Below, one piece after another: positions 9,081 through 17,184 of a DNA stretch of 64,000 nucleotides. Source of the DNA: Cytophagales bacterium. Lineage in GTDB: Bacteria; Bacteroidota; Bacteroidia; Cytophagales; Flammeovirgaceae. The stretch spans positions 30,492 through 94,491 of the forward strand of contig JANWWC010000007.1 in NCBI GenBank assembly GCA_025056215.1. The letters run 5' to 3'. A program made the translations under genes and the position numbers. Below the pieces are notes generated by a model. The model was not told the DNA's origin, searched no databases, and was given only the letters and a program-made list of their open reading frames with translations. Every line of letters begins with the position of its first letter. Position 1 is the stretch's first letter.

Positions 9081-9694
9081 TGTAAGTTTACTAAATACCC
9101 TACTCTGATGCCCACTAATCGGTTGTTGTAAGTGTCGTTATTGTTGGGGTGAATATCTGATACGCCTATTTGATACAACAACGAAAATTGAAAGTCATTT
9201 TTTTCGAATCCTATTCCTAAACACCAACCTAAGTCGCCGCGGCGTGCGTCGTGCAAGGTAGCGTTATTTCCCCATGCGACTACTTTCTTATTTCCATTTT
9301 TATCGAGATTTCCGCCGACTCCGATGCCGATGTAAGGTCCTGTATTGACGAAGATGTTTCCTGCTTGATTAAGAGATTTTTTAATTGCTATTAAAATAGG
9401 AATATTGAAGTAGTTAAGAGAATAGACCGATGTTTGGTTGTTTTGTTTGACTTTTCCTCCTGCTCCTGAGTAGGTAATGCAAGGTTGGAGAGCAATAGAC
9501 TTCGAGATTTCGTAATCTGCCATAAGTCCTACCTGAAAGCCTAAAACAGGCGTAATTTCTGCATTGGCAGTGTTCCAGTTGATTCTAAACCACGCCGCAT
9601 TGAGAGCTCCCACAGGGCCGAACTTGAAATTTTGTTGTCCGCAGCAAATTTGTACATTACAAACAACATAAAAACTCAACAAAAGTTTTTTCAT
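9077..9694 (-). CDS. Outer-membrane beta-barrel (porin-family) protein
   Basis: Signal peptide MKKLLLSFYVVCNVQICCGQ. Alternating hydrophobic/Gly-rich beta-strand pattern. Its stop overlaps the start of the next gene (ATGA, 9077-9080). Start moved to the ATG at 9694. Confidence 0.7.
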   Translation of the reverse strand: MKKLLLSFYVVCNVQICCGQQNFKFGPVGALNAAWFRINWNTANAEITPVLGFQVGLMADYEISKSIALQPCITYSGAGGKVKQNNQTSVYSLNYFNIPILIAIKKSLNQAGNIFVNTGPYIGIGVGGNLDKNGNKKVVAWGNNATLHDARRGDLGWCLGIGFEKNDFQFSLLYQIGVSDIHPNNNDTYNNRLVGIRVGYLVNLQ

Positions 9695-9781
9695 TCGTAA
9701 GGAAATTAAAATTCTCGTAATTTTAGTTTTTAACAAGAATATTTCAAAATTGAATTTAAATAGAAATAGTTCGGCAAATTT

Positions 9782-10687
9782 ATGCGCATACTCATTACAG
9801 GAGCTAATGGATTAGTAGGAAGAGTGCTTTTGGAAAAAATGGCAGCAACTTCTCAATGGGAGATTTTTGCCACTTCTCGAGGGGAGCATCGTGTTTCTCA
9901 TTTTAATTATCATTATTTTTCTGCTGATTTAACGAACGAATCCGATATAGACTCTCTTATTCGTGCTGTGCAGCCGCACGTTTTAGTGCATAGTGCTGCC
10001 ATTACGCAAGTGGATGTCTGCGAGCTTCAGCGAGAACAAGCTTTGCGCACAAACGTAGAAGCAGTACATCGTTTGGTAAGGATGCTGCAGCCTTATCGAA
10101 CCCACTTTATTTACCTTTCTACCGATTTTGTGTTTGACGGGCAGAAGGGAATGTATACCGAAACAGATATTCCGAATCCCATTAATTTTTATGGATTTAC
10201 TAAAGCAGAAGCAGAAAAAATTGTAGAAAATTCTGGTCTTCCTTTTAATGTGGTTCGAACGGTGTTGGTCTATGGAATTTTGCCTAACATGAGTCGGCAG
10301 AATATTCTTACTTGGATTATTCATAATTTAGAAGCAAGAAAGCCGATTCGCGTAGTAAATGACCAGTGGAGAACTCCTACTTACGTAGAAGACTTAGCAA
10401 ATGGGTTAAAGCTGTTGGCACGCCTTCGTCCGGTAGGATATTTTAATTTGGCAGGCAGCGAATACCTTACACCTTATCAGTTTGCGCTAAGAGTAGCGGA
10501 AATATTCGACTTAGATAGCTCTTTGATAAGCCCTACTTATGCGCACGAGTTTAAAGAAACGGGCACAAGACCTTTCAAAACAGGCTTAAAAATCAATAAA
10601 GCACAAGAAATTTTAGGATATCAGCCTACTCCTCTAAATGAAAGTTTAATATGCTTGCGCGATTGGTATCGAGCTCATAGAGTTTGA
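9782..10687 (+). CDS. SDR-family NAD(P)-dependent sugar-nucleotide reductase (dTDP-4-dehydrorhamnose reductase-like)
   Basis: Rossmann motif ILITGANGLVG, catalytic YGFTKAEAEK (YxxxK), RfbD-like length of 301 aa. Confidence 0.7.
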   Translation: MRILITGANGLVGRVLLEKMAATSQWEIFATSRGEHRVSHFNYHYFSADLTNESDIDSLIRAVQPHVLVHSAAITQVDVCELQREQALRTNVEAVHRLVRMLQPYRTHFIYLSTDFVFDGQKGMYTETDIPNPINFYGFTKAEAEKIVENSGLPFNVVRTVLVYGILPNMSRQNILTWIIHNLEARKPIRVVNDQWRTPTYVEDLANGLKLLARLRPVGYFNLAGSEYLTPYQFALRVAEIFDLDSSLISPTYAHEFKETGTRPFKTGLKINKAQEILGYQPTPLNESLICLRDWYRAHRV

Positions 10688-10694
10688 TTAAAAA

Positions 10695-11867
10695 TCAAAT
10701 GCTAAGAGAGGTTTTGATGAATAAAAAAAGTTGATGTATAAACGAAATAGTTGCTGCGCGCAAAGGAACGCTGCTCATGAGAGATAGTTCGTCATAAAGG
10801 AAGGTTTCTTCGTCTAAGAACTGAAAAATTTTTTGAATAGAATTCTTTTGAAATAAATCTTCGAAAAAAAGGTAAGGTTTGCAGCGCCTGTAATGCAATA
10901 TATCGAGCATGATTTTGTCGTAAAAAAGAAATCGCTTGTGCCACCAAGAGGGTGAGATATAAGGATTTTGATGAGAAGCAAGTCGTTGGGCAATGGCGCG
11001 GGCATGCTGTTGCGTTCGAAGAAAAGTGTAACCAGTACTGGGTTTGGTTTGTCCTGCACAAGTTCCTATGGCGATACAGTGCGGAGATTGCATTTTAGGA
11101 AATGGAAAGTCGGTCATTGGGATTGTGCCAAATTCGGTGTGTAAAATTTTATAGTGAGAGATGTTCAAATACGCTGAAACGTATTCAGAAAGTTCTTTTT
11201 CGTACTGTTCTTCTAATAAAATTTGTTCTGAAAAAGCGGTATATTCTACCAATGCCTCATATTCATTGAAGGGAAGCACATAACAAAATCGGCAATCGTC
11301 GTACTGTTTTACGCGAAAGTCCATGTAGATAATTTTTTGAGGAGTAAAAGAAGGTTGCTGAGTTTGAATGAACCACCCTTTGAAGTGTTGTAAGAGTTTG
11401 ATGTAAGGATAACAAATCTGAAAATCAGAAAGTTGTGCTATGCTATTGAAAATATAAGTGGCTTGATAAGTTTGACATTCGGTTTGAACAGTATTATTTT
11501 CGATTTTTAAGATACTTTCTTGTTTCCAGGTGATATTAGGGTAAGAAGATAGCTTTTGACGAGCATAAGCATAAAAATCAATTCCACGCAACATCTTGTA
11601 AGAATAAGGAGAAAAATACAGATTTTTTGAACAATTTTTACTGTAAAACAAGCCTTCGTGCCATTTTTTGTAGAGAATAGATTCTAATGAATTTTCTTTT
11701 GCTTCCCAAAAGCACCAAGTGCGGTCGTTGAGGTTTTTAGCGCTTTTTTCTAGGATGAGAACAGATTTGTTGAGAAGTTCCTTTTTTTCTATGATGGCGA
11801 GCGCTAAGTTCAGCCCTGAAGCACCTCCTCCAGCGATGATATAATCGTACGTTGATGACATACCCAA
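10695..11867 (-). CDS. Lycopene cyclase family protein (CrtY-type)
   Basis: N-terminal FAD motif YDYIIAGGGASGLNLA. Length of about 390 aa and overall similarity to CrtY/CrtL-type cyclases, recalled from memory. Confidence 0.65.
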   Translation of the reverse strand: MGMSSTYDYIIAGGGASGLNLALAIIEKKELLNKSVLILEKSAKNLNDRTWCFWEAKENSLESILYKKWHEGLFYSKNCSKNLYFSPYSYKMLRGIDFYAYARQKLSSYPNITWKQESILKIENNTVQTECQTYQATYIFNSIAQLSDFQICYPYIKLLQHFKGWFIQTQQPSFTPQKIIYMDFRVKQYDDCRFCYVLPFNEYEALVEYTAFSEQILLEEQYEKELSEYVSAYLNISHYKILHTEFGTIPMTDFPFPKMQSPHCIAIGTCAGQTKPSTGYTFLRTQQHARAIAQRLASHQNPYISPSWWHKRFLFYDKIMLDILHYRRCKPYLFFEDLFQKNSIQKIFQFLDEETFLYDELSLMSSVPLRAATISFIHQLFLFIKTSLSI

Positions 11868-11996
11868 AAGATTTGTTGCAAAAGTAATTTGTTGTACATT
11901 TTTTTTCGCAGAGTATTAGATTTCTTTATTCTTGTAAACTTATTTCAATATTTTTGCTTTCTAAATTTGACGAACTTTAGTTTTAATCAGACGCGT

Positions 11997-12440
11997 ATGA
12001 ACAAACAAACAGTTTCAACCCTTTTGAATGAACTTTTAGCTACGTTAGCTGTTTTTAAACAAAACGCGCAAGGGTTTCATTGGAACGTGAAAGGAAAGTA
12101 TTTTTTCGAACTTCACGAACAATTTGGGAATCTTTATCGGCAACTCGACCAACTTACTGATGAGGTAGCTGAGCGCCTCCTCGCTTTAGGTGGAAAGCCT
12201 ATTCATACGTTTTCGGAGTTTCTCAAACACAGCAAAGTAGCACCTGCTCACGATGTTCAAAAAGACAAGCAAGCTGTCGAGCTGACTGTTCAAGGTTTAA
12301 AAACTATTGCGACGCTTACAACTAATTTTTCTACTCTCTTTTCAGAAAGCCACGACAATGCGACCTCCGATTTAATGAATCGGATTACATTCGAGGTTGA
12401 AAAACAAATTTGGATGTGGCAAAGCTGGTTAGAAGATTAA
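11997..12440 (+). CDS. dps: Dps family DNA-protection/ferritin-like protein
   Basis: FKQNAQGFHWNVKGKYFFELHEQF...LTDEVAERLLALGG is a typical Dps ferroxidase-site region. Start moved to the ATG at 11997. Confidence 0.85.
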   Translation: MNKQTVSTLLNELLATLAVFKQNAQGFHWNVKGKYFFELHEQFGNLYRQLDQLTDEVAERLLALGGKPIHTFSEFLKHSKVAPAHDVQKDKQAVELTVQGLKTIATLTTNFSTLFSESHDNATSDLMNRITFEVEKQIWMWQSWLED

Positions 12441-12468
12441 AAATTCGACAAGTATTGGGAGCAGAGTG

Positions 12469-15035
12469 CTAAGAGCTTTGTTTAGGAAATGTAGCTGCAA
12501 CCAATTCAGAGAAATCTTCAGGTTGAAGGGCATCGAAATCTTTTTGGAGTACTTTCAGGTAAAACCAATTTTTTTGAGTGAGGTCAGTAGCTACTTTGCA
12601 CCAACGGTAGGCGGCGCTCTCTTTCATTTTTACTTCTATGTCTTCTCTTCCCTTGGTTTCGATAATCCAATGTTGGTTGGCAGTAGTGACTGCTACAAAG
12701 TCGGGAAAATAGTGGCGTATGTTGGCTAAGGTGTCGGTGTATTGAATACAAAATCCGAACGATTCGGGTAGTTTGGCAAATGCTTTTATCTCTTGGGCTT
12801 TGTCAAGAAATTTGGCGAATTTCCATTCGTAATCGTTGTCGCAAGGTATGTAATTGAATACTGTTTTTTGGGCATCTATCACCTTTTTGGAGGTTGGGAA
12901 GGGAGGAGTAGTAGAAAGAAAACGGTCTGCTGAGATGAGTCGGGGTTCTTGTTTTTGTTCGATAACAATTTCGCGCAAAGCTCTCTCAAACTCTTTGATA
13001 ACTACATAACTGGCGACGTTGCTGCTCATCGCTTTGATAGTAGAGGGAGCGTTCAAATCTACGGTTTGACCGAAGGCTTTTCGCTCAAAAAATTCTCGAA
13101 TTTTGGGGACCAACACTGCAAACTGAGAAGGCAATTTGATGTTTTGAGCAATTCGCCTTGCGTAGTAGCCGATCACTTCCTCTGCTGTTTGCGCTTGCGG
13201 CACTACATATTGGCGCTCTAAAAGTTTTTCGTCTGTTAGGATGTCTCTTCCTTCGTACACAAACGTTTTGATGTTGGCGAGTTCGTCTTCTTTGAAGGGC
13301 AGCTTGTTGGTGTTGAATTTCATGACATCAATGGCAGCAATTTCTTCGGCTAACGATTTTTTTCGCATAAGCAAAGGTGAAATTTCAGGAATGCTAATGT
13401 CAAATTCTTTTTTTGTTTCCAAAGGCCGAATGGTGAGAATGTGCAGCTTTTCTTTTCCGAGTCGGAAGGTTTCAAACTCTAAGTCTTCTAATCTTTCAAG
13501 GTCTTCGACAAATTCCATAAAAGCCTTGTTGCCGATGATATCTACTCTTTCGATGTAACTGTTGTGCTGATGGCGGAACATTAGTCGCAGCCCTCTCGCC
13601 CGATGGTCTGTTCTGGCAAGATGTTGGCTTTTGCCGAATAAGGTCTTAAACCGACTACGACCGTTACATTTTGAACGTCCCACCCTTCGCGCAGCATGAG
13701 TACTGAAACAATGGCATTAACGGGACTTTCGTCGTGGTCTACTTCTCTTGCTATTTTTCGCGCTACTTCCAAATCTTTTTTAGAAACTTCGCCGCTCTTA
13801 TCGGTATGGATGATAAGGGTTTTTTCGCCACCAAAGTGTTGAGGGTATTTGATTCTGAGCCAATCGCCTACGTCGTCAGCTTCTTCGGTGTTGTTCATCA
13901 TGACAAACAAAATGGGCTTTTTATGAAGAGTAGAAAGCTGCTCGGCGTATTCTTTCCGGCGTTCGACGGCAGCTGTCAGAAATCCGCTGTAGCGAACACT
14001 GGCGATGTTGCTTTTGGCTTCTTCAATTTGAGCAATTCCTTTGACAGGTCGCTTGACCACGCGGTCGAGGATGGCTTGTTTGAGCGGATAATCAAATATA
14101 GTCCAAGCAAACAAACTACCCTTGCTATAGCGCGGCGTTGCTGAAAAATCTAACTGCGCTGCTAAGGGTCTTTGGGTGTGCAGGCTGCGAATACATGCAT
14201 TCCACTCGTTGTCTTCTTCGTGCGTGTGGTGCGCTTCGTCGTTGATGACCATCACCAAACCCTCTCGTTTGGCGATGCAGTCTTCAAAATTGCTGCTTTC
14301 TACTTGTTGTACTGGCGGACGACGACCTAGCAAGGCAGTCATAATGTCGGGTTCATCGTTGGCGCTTTTGGTGTTTCTTTCATAAAACTGTTGGATATTA
14401 GTGAGATACAACGCACCTTGTGTGTAGGCTCTTTCGGGTTCTCCGCGCATGTAGTAGTCCATATCCCAGAGCCATTGCAGATGCTTGGGAATAAAAGGAA
14501 ACTTCTTAAAAATAGTTCCGCCTTCAAAGTCACTTTTCAGGCGGTCGAATACAATAACGTTGGGGGCAATAATGAGAAATGTATTGGCATATTCTTTCTC
14601 GCCGCGCAAATAGTTGGCAAACTGCCAGACAATGCTCATGCTCATGACAAAGGTTTTTCCGCTTCCCGTCGCCATCTTGATGCAGTAGCGCGCAAACTTA
14701 TCGTAAGGAGGCAGGCGCAAGTTTTTGGTATTGAAAGCGTATTTTTCTAAAAGCTCTTTCCGAGTTCTCACTTTGGCAACCTCGTAGATGTAAATCAGCG
14801 TTTCAATGGCTTCTCGCTGAGCGGCGTGAAAACGAAACATTTGCCCATTGGGGAGAAGATGATCGGTGTGAAACCAAAAATTGAGAAGTTCTCGGCTTGT
14901 TTCAGTAATGCCCTGATAGTTGCAAGCACGCCACGCCTTTACCGCTTCTCGAATGGCAGGCACACAGGCAGCAGTTCGTAGCTGCTCTTCTGGGTTGAAT
15001 GTAGGTTTGGGGTGGGTTCTGCTTTTTTTAGGCAT
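12469..15035 (-). pseudogene. res: Type III restriction enzyme Res subunit, split by a frameshift near 13594-13598
   Basis: Upstream ORF (13581-15035) has helicase motifs ATGSGKTF (I), NDEAHH (II), MLREGWDV (V) and ends ...PEQTIGREGCD*. The second ORF reads ...RGLRLMF... in another frame, so motif VI (QTIGRGLR) is split. C-terminal PD-(D/E)xK-like nuclease motif: FPDFVAV...IIETKG. Confidence 0.85.
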
Positions 15036-15090
15036 GTTTTTGTTTTTTTAAGGTTTTAAAATCTGTCCTCCTAATTGGTAAGGATAGTGC

Positions 15091-17040
15091 TCATTTTATT
15101 TCCACTTCTCTTATCTTCGTCGTATCGTTGCCCAAAATGTCAATCACTTTCACCAAGATAGTATATTTTCCTTTTGATTCGTACAGATTACTGGCTTTGA
15201 GTTCTATTTTAGGGTTTTGGCGCGTGCGATAGCTCTGCCACTCGTTGTGAAACGTATCGTCGCGATAGTTCCAATCGATGCTCCAATAATCTATCCACTG
15301 ACTCCAATGAGTGATGTGTTGCTGTACGTCGTGAGGAACGTCGTCGGGGGGAAGAATGAAATTTTTGAGCTCTACGCTCACGGCTTGTCCTTTTTGTCTG
15401 ACTTCCACCTCTAAGAATGCCAATTCATAAAATTTGATGTCGCCCTGCTCTACGGCTTTTTTTTCCAGCACTTCGCGCGGAATTTTCTTGAATTTTACAT
15501 CCACTTTGTTGGCTTGGGCGAGTTATTTAGCCGTTCGTTGATTTCAAAGGCAAATTCCCAGCCCAAAAAGTCAATGCCGTTGTGTTGGATGGTCGTTTCT
15601 TTGCCTACCATTCGCCAAAACTCTATGATGGTTTGCTTCACGTCTTCTAAGGTAACGGGAGCTTCTACGCTGCCGACATGTATCATTCTGCCTGCTTTTA
15701 CGCCGTGTAGCCACAAGTAGCCTTCTAAGGGGTTGGCGTGGTAGAGGTCGCAGATGAACTTGCGGTAACTCTTTTCTAAGGCGATGCGGCTTTCGGGGTT
15801 GTCAAATTCGGCTTGGAGCCAAGCGTGACGCTCATACTTGCCCAAATTCTGAACCACAAACGGCTTTACGTTGGGAATGCCCAAGAGCCTTTTTCGGGTG
15901 GTATGAATAGCAAAACGTCCTAAATCACAAGCTATCCACCTACGATTAAGTTTCTCCGCTACGGCTGCCGTTGTACTACTGCCACAAAAACAATCCAACA
16001 CCAAATCCCCTTCATTACTGCTCGCCTTGATGATGCGTTCTAATAAGGCTTCAGGTTTTTGGGTGGGGTAGTTTTTCTGAACTGACCCTGAAATATCCGT
16101 CCAAATATCTCTACAACGGACACCTTCCCCGATGTATTGCTTTCTTCTTGGAACTTTTCCCTTTTCCACAACAAGTACTCCTTCCTCTAACCACTTCAAT
16201 GCTGTCTCTTTGGGCATTCTGAACCCATTTGCAGGCATTTTCTCTCCCATACCAAGTGAGTATCGGTAGCCACCACCGCCCGGGTTATCTACCGAAACTA
16301 ATTGATACTTTCCTCTTTCATCTTGGTAGGAGTAGAGTTTTAGACTTGCTTCGCTGTATTCTTGAAAAACATCATTCCAAGTCCATTTCTCGCCTTTTGT
16401 GTAAAGCAAAATTGTATCGTGAGACTTGATAAACTTCTTGTTCTTTGCTGATGTATCTCCAACTGCCGATTGCCAAATGATTTCGATTTAGAAACATTTC
16501 ATACCCAAAAACCTCGTCCATCACACACTTGACATAATGTACCAAACGCCAATCCAAATGCACGTAGATACTGCCGTCATCGGCGAGGAGTTCTCGGAGT
16601 AGGATGGCGGTTTCATAAAACCACTGCAAGTAGCTGTCCAGTCCGCGTCCCCATGTATCGCGGTAGGCTTTTTGCTCAATAATACTGGGCTGTTTGGTAA
16701 AGGAAATGGTATTGTCATCTTCGTCATTTTCGGCGGGGGGAATGGTAGCGGTAAAGGAGAAGTCTGCCCCTACGTTAAAGGGCGGGTCGATGTAGATGAG
16801 GTTTACTTTTCCTGCAAACTCGGGCAAAAGCGAAGGAAGCACGTATTTTTTATCGCCCCAGATGAGTCGGTTATACCAGTTGCCGGTGTCTTGTTTTTGA
16901 TTGAACAGGCTTGCAAGACGTTTTTGTCGGTCTGCTGCACTTTCGTTGATGGTTTCAATGGTCTGAAAGGGCAGCGCAATGCGCACAGGAGCTACTTTTT
17001 TTCCGTTTTTATATTTTCCTTCCCAAAGTAGTTCGGTCAT
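15091..17040 (-). pseudogene. mod: Type III Mod-like N6-adenine/N4-cytosine DNA methyltransferase, in three frame-shifted pieces
   Basis: Beta-class motif order: IYIDPPFN (motif IV) lies in the N-terminal piece and [13 protein letters not shown] (motif I) in the middle piece. Frame breaks lie at about 16485 (FLN|EIIWQS) and within 15498-15525. The Trp-rich C-terminal piece (15091-15504) continues in the original frame. Confidence 0.8.
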
Positions 17041-17184
17041 ACACTTTATGTTAAGCATTGCAAAATAAGAAAAGTTGCAGCAATTGCTTCTCAAAAACTT
17101 ATATTTTTAAGAGCGATGAGGTATAGAATTTTTGTTTATAGATTTGAAAAAGAGTTCTAAGGAAAGTTGTTGAGTGGATTGGGT

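Noticed and set aside
10245-10265. tRNA T-arm-like string ggttcgaac, and a similar ttcgaatcc at about 9204.
   Set aside because: Both are inside well-supported coding regions (the SDR reductase and the OMP). They lack surrounding acceptor or anticodon stem complementarity.
15091-15504. Treating the 137-aa ORF as an independent small gene between mod and res.
   Set aside because: It needs a GTG start that overlaps the preceding ORF. It is in the same frame as the mod N-terminal piece. Its upstream in-frame sequence (LAQANK) continues smoothly from the methyltransferase, so a displaced Mod C-terminus is the simpler reading.
15091-17040. Phase-variable simple-sequence repeat in mod, as in Haemophilus or Neisseria Type III phasevarions.
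   Set aside because: I looked for tetra- or penta-nucleotide and long homopolymer tracts in the mod reading frames and found none. The frameshift sites lie in ordinary sequence (aaatcgaaatc; aaataactc).
17053-17089. Imperfect inverted repeat (aagcattgc ... gcaattgctt) in the mod-mutS divergent promoter region, as a possible R-M control element.
   Set aside because: The arms are imperfect with a one-base bulge, the sequence is AT-rich, and there is no C-protein gene in the island. The evidence is too weak to call.
12441-17184. Mobile-element boundaries (att-like direct repeats, integrase, tRNA target) for the R-M island.
   Set aside because: No integrase or transposase ORF, no tRNA, and no matching direct repeats between 12441-12468 and 17041-17184 that I could detect by eye.
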